From positions 60,195-124,194 of the forward strand of contig NW_027192224.1 in NCBI RefSeq assembly GCF_041956535.1: a stretch of DNA of 64,000 bases. The letters run 5' to 3'. This document shows, in pieces, positions 1 through 17,300 of this stretch. The notes beneath the pieces are model-generated. The model had not been told where the DNA came from. It worked only from the letters and a program-made list of their open reading frames with translations, and did not search any database. A program made the position numbers and the translations under genes. The stretch comes from Calcarisporiella thermophila CBS 279.70. Its lineage: Eukaryota; Fungi; Calcarisporiellomycota. The number at the start of each line of letters is the position of its first letter. The stretch's first letter is position 1.

Positions 1-282
1 TGTGAACTAGATGGTGTTCAATATTACATTTTATTTATTTTTTTTCGCTACTTTTGTACTTAATATTTTTTTAATACTTTTTTTCTTTATTTATCTTTTA
101 ATGAGATACTGTTATCCAATACTTAGCTGTATAAAGTATCAAAAATACAAAATATCTTTCAAATATAAAAGACGGAGTCTGATATTCATTCATTCTGCAT
201 TGGACAACTTAAAATAGTCACTACATTAAATATCCTCATTAATTGTGACGCTAAATTCGTAATTGAAAGTTGTATTATATAA

Positions 283-933
<651 letters not shown>

Positions 934-1401
934 AAATAGCGAAATAGAAAGTCATTGAAAACACTATTCTACTCCTATATTCTCTTATATATGCCCTATC
1001 CAATATACGCATTCGATCTCAATATATTGTGTTAATTTATATTCTTTTTGGCGCACACAGAACAAGCAGTAGAGAAATAAAAATCTAATTTGGCCTGTGA
1101 CAATTGATGGCTTGGGAGTTCGGAAATGGAGAAAGGCTACTTTCTCACCAACTTCGCGAGTTCTACCCATAAGGTTTGGTGCTTTGGAAGTTTCTCTGCT
1201 GCTCTGAATATTACAGAACACTGGTTTGCAACCATCACTTTTACTTTTATTTATTAATCTTGCATTCCCTATAATTGTCCCGTTCGCCTCTTCTCAGGCT
1301 ATCTTGTTCCTATTTTGCATTATTTCTTTCTATTTTTTGCTATCCAACAGTTATTTTCCATACGTTAATCCACAGAGCAACAGAACAAGCTATTTATCAT
1401 A

Positions 1402-3965
1402 ATGGCTCCGGCCAAATTTTCCATCTCGTCCGATGTTTACCATTATGTTACATGGATATCATTTGCCCTTGTTGTTCTCACATCTCTTGCTAGATTACTT
1501 CTAGGTAAAGATAGATATACGTTTTTTTATTGTTGTGCGCAAATTTGGAGCTTTTCAACATTTCAAATATTAATTTATTAGATCCGTCAGATCGCAATGG
1601 TTGTACTAGCTTACTTGAGAAAGGCTGGTGGTGGGACTCATCTCACACAAGATGGCAGCCAGCAGGCTGTACAATGCATACTTATAAACCTAAAGATATT
1701 AATCGATGCGTTGGAAATAAGCGAATTCTCTTTATCGGAGACTCCGTTATCCGTGAGAAGTATTATGGCCTCCTGCGAAAGTTTGACCCTAATGTTTCCA
1801 CTCTTGCTGAAAAACGCACTGATCTCAAACATGAGATGGAAGGAGTTCGAACTGAATTTTGGTGGGATCCATTTCTCAATAACACTAAAACCATAGATCT
1901 GTTTCGACAACGTGGAGAGAAATCCGCTGTTGTTGTTATCGGTAGCGGTTTATGGTATCTTAGGCATCCTGAGAGCGGGGGTTTTGAAAGCTGGCAGCAA
2001 GCAATGATGCGAGCAATTGGCCATGTGGCAGGACCACATTCTTCACCCATCGCAGATGTTACCATGGTTGCTCCTGTGGAAGTTCCTGTGTACGATAAAC
2101 TGAACAAAATTCGAAAGGAGACACTTTCTCCCAAGGATATAGACGCCATGAACGCATTCTTGTGGGAGCGTAGAGGAATCCTCGAGATTTTGTTTTCATG
2201 GAACGAGATGATCAAAGAGCACCCAGAAGATACCAAAGATGGGCTGCACTATGAACTACTCCCTGCAATATCGATTTCACAAGCTGACATCGTGTTGAAT
2301 TATCGGTGCAATGACCATTTGCCGAAAATCGCCCCTATGCAATCAACCTGCTGCTTCCAGTATCCGATACCAACCTGGAATCAAATAGTGATGTTCCTGG
2401 TGATTCTGGTATGGGCACCGATCGGGCTATACTTCTTACAATCAGGTGAATTATTATCTGCACATACCTGGGAAAAGGAATTTTACTTATCTTTCATTTT
2501 TTTTCTGCTACAAATGTCAGACATACCTAACTCAAATTCTTCTATCGTCGCAACCATTTCGAAGTTTTTCCCTTCTGAAGCGGTTCTTCAGTCGTTTCTC
2601 TCCTTTGGTCTAACGGTCACGTTCATGTTCCTATGTGATCGCACGAATCTCTTTCTCAAACAATCAAAGCATTTTTCCTCAACTGAAATTTCTGCAGTTG
2701 CGCTGGCGCTTGTTGGTGCTGGGGTTTTGACTCTTCGCACAAGCGAGAAGGAAGATCAGCCCTTCCTTAACCGCGACCAGACAGAAGAGTGGAAAGGATG
2801 GATGCAGCTCGCCATTCTTATTTATCACTACTGGGGAGCCTCTTCTGTATCTGGAATCTACAATCCCATTCGCGTACTTGTCGCCGCCTATCTCTTCATG
2901 ACTGGTTATGGGCATTTTACATACTTTTACAAGACGGGCAATTTCGGGTTCAAACGAGTGGCTCAAGTTCTCGTCCGGCTCAACTTGCTCACGGTTGCAT
3001 TGGTATACACTATGAACACAACCTATCTGTCGTACTATTTCACTCCTTTGGTCAGCTTTTGGTTTCTGGTAATTTATGCTTCGATGGGAGTATTCTCACA
3101 TTTGAATAAGCGGACCCCTTTCTTGCTCCTGAAGTTGGGAGTTGCTTCTGCTCTTGTGTACGCTTTGATCTATGTTCCCAACGTAATTGAGACGTTGTTC
3201 ACCGGAATGAAATTTGTTTTCAACACGGAATGGTCTGCGTCTGAGTGGCGATTCCGCCTCGGACTCGACATTTGGATTGTTTGGGTTGGAATGGTCGTTG
3301 CTCTTGCCTGCATAAAGTTTTCCGAGTATAAGATTGGGGAGCAGCCCTACTTCCCGCGTGTGAAGCGAGGGTTGATTGGGGTTTCCATCATTGTGCTCGT
3401 CTGGTTCGCATGGTTCGAACTCTCGTTTCCGAGCAAATTTGAATACAACAAGTTCCATCCCCTCGTCTCCTTCTTGCCCATACTTGCCTTCGTAGTATTG
3501 CGTAACGCGACCCCATATCTTCGTCGCACGAATAGCACCGCGTACTGTTTCATTGGAAAGTGCTCTCTAGAGACTTTTATTGGACAATTTCACATGTGGC
3601 TTGCGGGAGATACGAAGGCATTGCTTGTCTTGACACCCAGCTCGCATGGTATATGGTGGTGGATCAATTTCTTTGTAGCGTCCGGGATTTTCATCTATTT
3701 ATCTCATTATCTTGCAACATCGACGGGAGAATTGACAGAGTGGATCTGTGGTGGTGGAAAGCGGCAGCAGGGCCAACAAAAGATAGCTGCAGGAAATGGA
3801 GTGCGAATGGGCTTATTAAATGGTGACGGAGCCCCTCAGGATGCTACGGACGAGGAAAAAGAGGGGGCCGGACGGCAATCAATATTTGGCCTGATTCTGG
3901 GCGACTGGCGAGGAAAAACCATTTTATTCTTGATGGGAATTGCTATTGTTAATCGCTTCTGTTAG
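1402..3965 (+). CDS. CAS1: Cas1p/CASD1-family 10-TM O-acetyltransferase (introns ~1505-1581 and probably 2446-2520)
   Basis: N-terminal TM segment, SGNH-like domain with FIGDS and DGLH motifs, then the Cas1_AcylT region (FLNRDQTEEWKGWMQ, IRVLVAAYLFMTGYGHF, SLETFIGQFHMWLAGD). Unrelated to CRISPR Cas1. Confidence 0.92.
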
Positions 3966-4571
3966 ATGCTATAAATTGGCATGGATTGCTTTTAACGATG
4001 AATGATTTATGTTTTATATATTCTTTTTTCCGGAAAACCAAATGCAACTTTTGTTTTCTCGCCTTTTCTACCTTTGATTTTTTGCTTAGATTTGGGCCCA
4101 AAATTGTTCTTTTTTATTAAGTTTCTTTAAGTGTATAATAAACGGTTTGATTTTTTTATTCTATAAGTATTTTCTTGAAAACCTCGGAGTTGCTTGACGC
4201 GTAGATTATGAAGGAAAGCGGAAAAACGCGTAAAAATGTGAGGGGGACTGCGCCGCATTTTTACGAATGGCTGATCTAATTATTTTCGAAATTCTTTGAT
4301 ATTTCTGTTTTTTATTTTCCATTTTTTTCATCCATTTTTCTAAGTGCATCCATCCGTTGAATATTTTGAGCTAACAGGTATCTGGTTTTCTCACTCTACT
4401 TGTCCGGAGTACCCGAGGCAAGGCGACTGTTAATAATTTACGCGTTTTAAACTATTCTTATCACTTTCTCTTCACACCCTTCACTCATTCTGGTCCATTT
4501 ACTTAATCGCGATAAGAACAGGTCATACCTTGGTTACCATCAACCTCATATAATCATCAGAGAATAGAATA

Positions 4572-7400
<2,829 letters not shown>

Positions 7401-7913
7401 CAATTAAGTATTATTTTCTATAATTATTAATCCTATTTTATCACGCACACTCCCTTATTCATTAGCTATATATTCTATTGTAAGTTTTCACTTTTTTTTT
7501 AATCCTTACTAATATGATTATTGTATTTGGATAATACCCTGCTTGAGTTCAAACTTTCTTCGACCCAGCAACTTGCAGAGAAAATTTAATCAATTTTCCT
7601 CAAACGACTCAGTATTTGACCATAAAAAAAGGGAGAAAAAAGTACATCTGCGGTCACTAGATTTGACTGACGCGTCTCTTCTCCCTTCACCTTTGCTGCT
7701 CCTCCACATCATTGAGAGAGGGTATTAATGTCAAGATCACTCCCCTTCTTTTCCGAGAGATCTCTTAATTGAAGTAGGATCGAAACTAGATTATTTCCAT
7801 CCCACGCGATATTGATTTGTTCATCACTTTTGCTTGTAACCGTTCAGTCATTCACTACATCAGCTAGTTGCTTATTTTACGCAATAGCGTGAAGCGAGTA
7901 ATACGTTGACATC

Positions 7914-10900
7914 ATGTCTAAAAAGTGAGTTGATGGTATTAATTACAACCACATCTCATCGTGATGGCTGATTATATTATATTTAAGCAACATGCGCGGT
8001 TTGACAATGTTCATTGCGGATATCCGGAATTGTAATAAATTACTAAAAGATTCACCGATGCATATAGATATGTGATTAAATTTTGCTCTATATAGGCCGT
8101 GTCCGAGAACTTGAAGAAAAGCGAATCAATAAGGAGATGGCGAATATTAGAGGAAAATTCAAGGGTAAGCTGCTCTTTTAATCAGAAATAGCTCATCCCC
8201 TAATGCCATTCACTGTTTTATTCTAGATGGCAATCTAAACGGTTATCAGAAGAAGAAATATGTGTGCAAGCTGCTGTACATGTATATACTTGGTTGGGAG
8301 ATCGACTTCGGACATCTTGAAGCAGTGAACCTTATATCAAGTTCAAAATATAGTGAAAAGCAGATTGTACGTCTTTACTCCATATTATTTATGCCGTCTC
8401 TATTTCACTAATTACCATTTTTCTAACTTCAATTATAGGGCTACCTTGCTGTGACACTTCTCTTCCACGAAAATAGCGATCTCGTACGTCTGGTAGTCAA
8501 TTCAATTAAGAAAGACCTCGATGATTATAATGAGATTTGCAACTGCCTTGCTCTACATGCCATCGCAAACATTGGTGGTCGAGAGATGGCGGAGTCATTG
8601 GCGGTTGATGTACATAGACTTCTAATTTCACCTAATTCGAAAAGTTTTGTTAAAAAGAAGGCGGCGTTAACCCTATTGCGCTTGTATCGTAAGCACCCCG
8701 ATGTTATTCCCGCAACAGACTGGGCAGATAGAATAGTATGGTTGATGGACGACTACGATTTGGTACGTGTTTTGTGTGAGGATTTTTGAATACCGTTTTA
8801 TGCTAAGTAAATATATATTATTTTATTAGGGTGTTGCACTTGCCGTCGATTCCTTAGTGCTCGCCCTTGCTCAAAACCATCCAGACGAATATGCAGGGTG
8901 TGTTGCTAAAGCAATTGTCCGACTTAAGAAGGTAGAAAAGTGTGAATAATGATAATTTACACATTAATAACTTTACGCTTCTTCGTTTTCTCTGCTTATT
9001 AGATTCTTATGGATAAAGATTTTAGTGCGGACTATGTTTATTATAAGGTCCCGGTTCCTTGGCTCCAGGTCAAAATTCTTCGTCTGCTTCAATACTATCC
9101 ACCAACTGAGGATGCTGCTCTACGCAGTGATCTAAACAACTGTCTACAAATTATTATCAATAACTCACAAGACACTCCCAAGAACGTCCAGCACAATAAC
9201 GCACAGAATGCGGTCCTTTTTGAAGCAATTAACCTGGCAATTCACCTCGACAGCAATTCACAACTTTGTAGTCAGGCAGCTATTCTTCTTGGTCGATTTT
9301 TGCAATCCAAAGAAACCAATGTTCGCTATCTAGCGCTTGAAACAATGGCACATCTGGCAGCATGCGCAGATTCACTTGACCCAATTAAAAAACACCAGGA
9401 AACAATCATTCTATCATTGCGCGACAAGGATATTAGCGTGCGACGACGTGCACTTGATTTGCTCTATTCAATGTGCGACATCACCAACTCTAAAGTAATC
9501 GTGTCGGAATTGCTTCGCTATCTGCAAATTGCGGACTACGCGATGCGCGAGGAGCTGGTGCTGAAGATTGCGATTTTGACCGAAAAATTCGCTACAGAAT
9601 ACTCGTGGTACGTTGATATCATTCTTCAGCTGATTAGTTCGGCGGGCGACCAAGTTGGAGAGGAGGTTTGGTTCCGTGTGGCACAAATCGTGACGAATAA
9701 CGAGGATTTGCAAGAGTATGCGGCAAAAACGGTGCTCAACTACCTACGCGTGGCGCATTTTAATGAGACGATGCTCAAAGTGGGGGGCTACCTTCTCGGC
9801 GAGTTTGGCCATCTGGTTGCGAACCAGCCAGGATGCAGTCCTATTGAGCAATTCCATCTCATCCATTCTAAGTTCAACTTATGTACCCTCGGAACTCGCG
9901 CTCAACTGCTAACCACTTACCTCAAATTTGTGAATCTTTTCCCGGAAATCAAATCCGAAATTCTCACGGTACTACATCAATACCGACATGTTTTGGACGC
10001 AGAGCTTCAGCAACGTGCATGCGAATATCTCACCGTAGCCACCATGCCCACGGACGATTTGCTACAGACGGTATGTGAGGAGATGCCCCCGTTCCCGGAG
10101 CGTGAGTCAGCCCTGCTTGCACGACTCAATCGTAAACATGGCGATACTGAAGACAAGCGAACCTGGATCATTGGCGGAAAAGAGGCAAATCGGGAACGAG
10201 AAGAGCAGCTACGACAACTGCAGGCCCAGAGGCGGCAGAGCTCGTTAGATGCGATTACCGGCTCTTCACAACCAGGAATAAATGGTGCCAATGCTAATGG
10301 TACAGGTGGAGAGGGCGATCTGCTAGGGCTAGGATCTTTAACTTTGAGCGGTGAAGAGCAAGGAAGCGATGAGCTTGCACATCGCCTGGAATATGCCGCC
10401 GAGGGTGTACTCCATGAGGACCACCAACTCCAGGTGGGATTGAAGTCGGAATACCACGGAAACCTGGGCCGTATTGCCATTTTTGTTGGGAATAAATCGC
10501 AACAGCAGTACACCTCTTTGGCAATCAATGTGGTGGATCCAGCTCCTGTTGGAGTGAGCGTTGCTCAGCCCGCTCCGGCCACCGTTGGTCCTCTATCGCA
10601 GTCACAGCAGCTATTCCACCTCGAGTGCAATAGTTTATTCCGTGATATGCCTTCGATCCTACTGAAGTATACCACAATTAATGGGGTGCGGACACTGCAA
10701 CTAAAGCTGCCTGTTCTGCTTACCAAATTTGTGGAGCCGATCCAGCTCGACGCAACCAATTTCTTCTCAAGGTGGAAGCAGATAGGAGGAGCGCCCCGAG
10801 AAAAGCAAGTGGTGCTCGCGTGCCAGCACCCTATTCAAGTGGCGTTCGTTCGTAAAATGCTAGAGGGATATCGCTTCGGAGTGCTGGAAGGAGTTGATCC

Positions 10901-11090
10901 CAACGCAGATAATGTGGTATGTGCAGGAGTAGTTCACGCGGGAAGCAGTGGAAAAGTTGGGGTCTTGGTGAGAGTAGAACCCAATCTTGCGCAGTCCATG
11001 TTCAGATTGACTGTGCGAGCAACGAGCGAAGATGTGGCTGATATTATCTGTGGTGTACTCCAGCGCGCATTAACTCATGAACATGACTAG
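7914..11090 (+). CDS. APL3: AP-2 complex alpha adaptin (7 exons)
   Basis: Spliced N-terminus [83 protein letters not shown] and a C-terminal alpha-ear domain. Confidence 0.95.
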
Positions 11091-11748
11091 CCGTGAACTG
11101 ATCTAATTCTTATACTTTATTTGCTATTTATTTTTTCTGGTTAAAAAAAGTCAAGCAAAAATTAAACCTATCTACTTCATAATATTTTTCTCTGGGGAGG
11201 GTGAGACACTTTTCTACTAGCTTATTCTACTTTATGTTTATTACTACAGCTTTTCAACTATTTCCTATTATTTTTAGGCTTTTTTTTTTTCTTTTTGATT
11301 TTTTGTCAGCCAGTGTCTCGACAATAAACAATTCTATTTTCAAGATAGTCAACATGGAGAAGAGCGAAGGAAAGAAAAGGCACTTTTTATTCGAGTTAAC
11401 GTACAGATTTAAGCCTTTGTTGCCTGTGAACTAACAAAACAAATCAAGCGCGTTATGTGGATCGCGCACCGCTGAACAAAAAGAATAAAAATACAACACA
11501 AGATCTGACAATGGGAGAGGGAGCAGATAAGAACGAGTCCTTTGCTCTGTATCCATAGCCTGTGCCCATAGGCAAAGAGTTCCCATTGGAATTAAATAAA
11601 TAGTGAGTGGAAGACCAAGTAAAAACAACATATGTAAATTTGTATAAATATAATATAAATAAATTTTGTAAAGCCTAAAAATAACTAAATAAATAGAATA
11701 TAAACTACACCACTGTACAGTCAGTTATTCCGATATAGAATAGCACTC

Positions 11749-13723
11749 TCATTCGCATTTTCGTCTCATCTCCAAGAGGGTTGCCCGCAGCCATCGCTGC
11801 AATCGTCGCGCCTGGAGCCATTGACAGATTGGTTTGCTTTGCACCACCCGGAACGTTACTGCTAGATAATGAAGCGACCTTCGTCGTTTCAATTCATCCG
11901 GGTGGTTCAGTGCAATATACCTATGCATACGACACGAAGCAAGCGTTGCGCTTATTGGAAGGGTATGGCACCAGTCGTGACGACGTGCGGTCTCCTCCAG
12001 AAGAATCGTAATCCATGACGCAGCTTTGGCACATTCATTTAGCGCAAGCGAACGCAACGCTTTCATTTTGGGGGTGTTCATACGATTGGGTGGAGGAGTC
12101 GGCCACAATGCTCCTTCAGATTCCTCCAGGAATCGAAACCAGACCTACCGTTCAAATTTCAAATAGCATTAGAGGATCGGTTCACGATGAAAATCTGAAA
12201 AAAGTCACTCACTTGTCCCCAAGAGCTCCAAAAGTGCGGAGGGTATGCAAGCTCCACCCAAGACAGTTTTGAAATACGTTGCTTAATCTCATCTGTATCC
12301 TCTCCAAAGAGAGGTAATTCAAAATCAAGTGCGCGAATGAATGGGCGCATATTTTCAACAATCTCCATCACTGTCGCCATTACATCTTCATCCGAAGCAT
12401 TCCAATCGATTTCAGGCAATCTTTTGAGACAGGTTAGGAGCTCGGCTATACTGATGACATAATCCTAGAGGTTGGTTTGACAAAAAATCGCATCAATTAT
12501 TTCTGGTATCAATTTAACAGAGAAATAGGTAGGAGCATACCAGACAATATTGCGTGTCTTGACTCTCGCCCGGTAGACATTTAGGGCGAACTATCTTATT
12601 CGCTTGCGGAAAAAGGAGAGTCTGGACTTTGGTTGAATAAACCGATAGTCCACAATCATGCGTGTAGAGAGCCCACCTTTAATCGTCGTAAAATTAGACA
12701 GATAGATAGATTAAAACTCATTTGAAGACGTGCATTAACTATTAAATAATGGAATAAATACCAGATCCGACGCTTGGCTTCTCGTTTCAGCGGATCGGAT
12801 TCGCTCACATCGTCAATATAGATGCCCATTTGCCTGGCCATTCCAATGGCATGCCCTATCTGGATGTAGAACTCGTTTGTCCGCGAGTTCAGCAAGTGGT
12901 ATATTCCAAGGTTAAACGATGCCATCACCGTTTGTTCCGAGGGCTCATCGAACACTTCGCGTAAATGCTGCTGGGCTTCCAAGTATGCAGAATGCGCAAG
13001 AGCTGGCAGCTGGTCACCTAGAGGCGGATCCTTATGAGACTGGTATATATGAAGGGCTGCCCATGCAACAGCAGAATAGAGGAATGCAGGTTCAAGTTTA
13101 TCGGCAAGAAAGAGGTCCATTAATTCCTTGCGATTGACCGGCTGCAGAAAAAAGAAGCACGGCGAGAGATAGGTGCTAAAGAGCTGATGTAGCAGAGGAT
13201 GGCGCACCACTGAGCTAGTGAAGGTAGGAGTGGTCTCACCCACAACCACGGAATTATCTTCGGGTGCTTCAATAAGCAAGAGACGTCGGGTAACCACACC
13301 TTTTATGGGGATTTGATAGGTGGCCTTTGGATGCTCTTTGGGGGTCAATTTCACAAAGGAAGCGTAGTCAGAGCCGAAGTTCTGAACCATCAGAAGATGT
13401 AAATCAGTGGCGCTGGATAGAAAAATCCCATAAAGAGGCCCCGTTGCCACTGTCGTACTCTTCTGCTCGGCCTCAGTCGCCACTGCTGAAGGCGCTGCCA
13501 CATTCGACTTTGATCTAAGAACTAGGGCATTTTGGGCATTGTTATTTTTCTCATTCCCAGAACATGGCTTCTCATTGGAGGTGAATGGAGTATCGCGCGT
13601 ATTTTGCTGTTGCTGAGTGAAATTACTAATGGTTCCCGCGAGCTTCTCCACTTGTGAGCTCAGCTTTTCGAAACGTTGGAGTAGGAGATTCACTAGTTCC
13701 TGGTTGTCATAAGTCATAGACAT
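11749..13723 (-). CDS. Fungal-specific transcription factor domain (Fungal_trans/MHR) protein, no Zn2Cys6 cluster visible; 4 exons
   Basis: Spliced product contains LFSTYLSPCFFFL, AIGMARQMGI and EAKRRIWWALYTHD (Fungal_trans hallmark). Three GT-AG introns join ORFs 12656-13834, 12159-12419 and 11749-12108 plus a short exon near 12540-12677. Start codon uncertain. Confidence 0.8.
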
Positions 13724-14371
13724 GCTGAGTGATTTGATGCCGGCAGTATTGTGGGAGAAAAGGGTATAAGAAGTGAAAGAGTGGGGGGCGGAAGGCAGGG
13801 AGTGAATTAGTATGGGGTAACGATAAATACACAATATCTAGTTCGCGTAGTTTTAGCAAAGGAAAAAGATCAAGGCATTTACCTAGGTAAAACCGTGTAA
13901 TTAGTGGCTTGTGCGGAATATAGCTGAGTGGAGAGGTGGGATAGGCTACTCGGTGTGTAAGATTCTCACCAAACAGCAAGCCAAATCAAACCAGCGTAAG
14001 AAGTTTTAATTTTCTTGTGAAAGTGGAACACTTATCGCAGAAGTTAAGAGGTTTCTACAGGAGACACGGGGGATCAGCGCGCCCGTTCTCCCCAAGAACT
14101 ATCCAGCGGGCTCGTCATCCCTAAGGCTACGAGGACCTTGCGGGATATTCGCTTCTGAATGTGAATTGCCTTGGATGGCTCTTTAATTATTGGTGTCTCG
14201 GATCTGTGTAATCAAATTGCTCATTGTGCCCATCAAACTCTATTCCCCCAATGTTTATAACGAGGCGCAGCCGATTTTGCTATCTGTCATCACGATTCAA
14301 CTTGTTTATTCTCGACCTGCAAACCCCAACCTAGAGTAAGAACAACTAAAAAAGTGCGGGAAACATTAGAC

Positions 14372-17300
14372 ATGCTTGTTTTGCCCGGTAATGCCGCTCT
14401 CTCTGAGTTTAAAGCCAACGCGCTACTCGAGAACATCCGCGCATGTGTCCCTGAAGTGCGCGGAGTGGCGGCTCTCTACGTCCACTTTGTAATGACCAAA
14501 ACTAATGACACCCTTTCCGCATCTGAAAATCGACTCCTCGACAACCTGTTATCGTATGGTTCCGTTTTGCAGTCCCATCATTCTTCCTTAATTACGAAGC
14601 TGCAAGAAAGGCTCAAGCACAAAAGCTTCGATTCTCAGACCTTAATGGTAGTACCTCGATCGGGGACAATTTCGCCGTGGTCGTCGAAGGCGACGGACAT
14701 TGCACAGATGTGTCAGCTTGACCGGGCGGTAGAACGCGTAGAACGTGGTATAGCGTACCTATTTGATGTTGAGGGTGACACGCTTACCGATGAGCAGCTT
14801 TCAAAATTCAGTCATTTTATCCATGATCGTATGACACAAGTAGTATTGCGTGGACTTCCAGAGCAGGAGGCCATGTTCTCTCATGGGTCGCCATCTCCGC
14901 TCGTGTATGTGAACTTGCTGGAGGAGAGGCAAAATGACACAACTTCCGCGAAACAACGCCTTATTGCCGCCAATAAGGAACTTGGGCTCGCTTTGGCCGA
15001 CGACGAGATGGATTACCTTGTTGAAGCTTTTGTGAACACTCTTGGCCGCAACCCTACAGATGTTGAGCTCTTCATGTTTGCCCAAGTGAATTCCGAACAT
15101 TGTAGGCACAAAATTTTCCGTGCCGATTGGACTATCAACGGAGAACGGAAGCCCCATTCGCTGTTTGACATGATCAGAAACACACATCAGAAGCACCCGG
15201 AGTACACTATCTCTGCCTATTCAGATAATGCGGCTGTGCTCGAAGGCTTTGAGGCAACAAGATTTGCCGCCGGCGAAGATAAAGAATATCGGCTAACTGA
15301 CGAGTTGGTCCATTTCCTTGCAAAGGTAATATACGTTAAATTCAATCGGCAATACTCTCACTTCATGCCCTCTTCACCAACCTTATCAGGTTGAAACCCA
15401 TAATCACCCAACAGCGGTCTCACCTTTCCCCGGTGCCTCTACTGGCTCTGGAGGCGAAATCCGTGATGAAGGTGCAGTAGGGCAGGGCTCCAAACCCAAA
15501 GCAGGTTTGACAGGTTTCACCGTCTCGAATCTGCTTATACCGGGCCATCAGCGCCCATGGGAAACTGACTTTGGAAAACCGGGTCACGTTGCCTCTGCAC
15601 TCGACATTATGATTGAAGCTCCCTTGGGAGGCGCAGCCTTTAATAACGAATTTGGGCGACCGGCCATCTGTGGATACTTTCGTACATTTGCAGAAAAGGT
15701 GGCCACTGCATCAAAAGAAGAAGTTAGGGGATATCATAAGCCGATCATGATTGCCGGCGGTGTAGGCAACGTTCGTCCCGCTCACGTTTTCAAGAAACCA
15801 ATCACCCCTGGCGCTCGCCTCGTAGTATTGGGCGGTCCTGCAATGTTGATTGGACTGGGGGGCGGTGCTGCGAGTTCCATGGCCTCTGGGCAAAGCTCTG
15901 CCGACTTGGACTTTGCATCGGTGCAGCGCGATAACCCGGAGATGCAGCGTCGTTGTCAACAGGTTATCGATGCTTGCACAAATCTAGGTGACAGAAACCC
16001 CCTCCTTTCAGTACATGATGTTGGCGCGGGTGGTCTCTCGAACGCTCTCCCAGAGTTGGTGCATGACAGTGGCCTCGGGGCACGCATTGAATTGCGTGAG
16101 GTGCCCAATGCGGATCCTCGGATGTCTCCCATGGAGATATGGTGCAATGAAGCACAGGAACGGTATGTCCTTGCGGTTGAGGAATCGCGATTAGAAGAGT
16201 TTGCAGAAATGTGTAAGAGGGAGCGGTGCATTTTTGCAGCTGTCGGTGTAGCAACGGAAGAGCAGCGTCTTGTCGTTACTGATCGTCTATTGAACACTAC
16301 ACCAATCGATCTCCCCATGGATGTACTTTTCGGCAAACCCCCCAAGATGTCACGAACAGATAAACTACTTGATGAAAAACCCTCTGCATTTGATTCATCA
16401 CTGCGCTCGTATCTTCCCACTTTTGGAAACGAGAAAGATCGTATGATGGATGCCGTCAATCGTGTGCTGCGTCTGCCTGCTGTGGGATCCAAATCCTTCC
16501 TTATCACCATCGGCGATCGCACAGTCACTGGGCTTATCACAAGAGATCAAATGGTTGGACCTTGGCAGGTCCCCGTGGCTGATGTCGCGGTAACCGCCAC
16601 ATCATATGGCGTCCAGACTGGTGAGGCCATGGCTATGGGAGAACGCCCGCCAATTGCTTTAATTTCTCCTGCAGCTTCTGCCCGTATGGCTGTCGCCGAA
16701 TGCGTGATGAATTTAGCCGCAGCAAGAGTGGAAGCATTGGATCGGGTGCGTCTCTCAGCGAATTGGATGTCCGCTGCAAACCATCCTGGCGAAGGAGCTG
16801 CTCTGTATGAGGCTGTACAAGCAATTGGTATGGAGCTCTGCCCATCTCTGGGAATTTCGATCCCTGTAGGAAAGGATTCGATGTCGATGAAGATGCGGTG
16901 GAAAGACCATAATCAAACCGAACAAGAGGTGACTGCTCCTCTCTCACTTATCATTACCGGATACGCACCTGTGTTGGATACCAAGCTCACGTGGACCCCT
17001 CAACTGAGAAGAGAGACCGGTTCAAAGCTCATCTTTTTCGATCTGGCAAAAGGCCAACAGAGATTGGGCGGCTCTGCGCTTGCACAAGTGTATAAGCAGG
17101 TGGGTGCTGAATGCCCGGATGTGGAGGATCCCAAACTACTTGTTGGCTTTTTCACCGCTGTGCAGGCCATTCGTCAAGAGAAAGAGGAAATCATCCTCGC
17201 CTACCATGATAGATCTGATGGCGGCTTGTTCACCACCGTTGCTGAAATGTCCTTTGCTGGCCGTATTGGAGTTAATCTTGATCTGAGCTCGATTGTGAAG

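Noticed and set aside
11-217. Small hydrophobic ORFs in AT-rich intergenic DNA (also 11201-11434 and 18555-18806)
   Set aside because: Phe/Leu/Ile-rich translations of poly-T tracts with no coding signal.
1402-3965. 'Cas1' as a CRISPR gene
   Set aside because: This is the fungal capsule-type O-acetyltransferase Cas1p; the name is a coincidence and no repeat-spacer array is present.
14066-14125. SECIS element (minus strand AUGA...UGA stem)
   Set aside because: No apical AA motif or proper helix II register, it is not in a 3' UTR, and no nearby gene has an in-frame TGA; the GST active site is TGT Cys.
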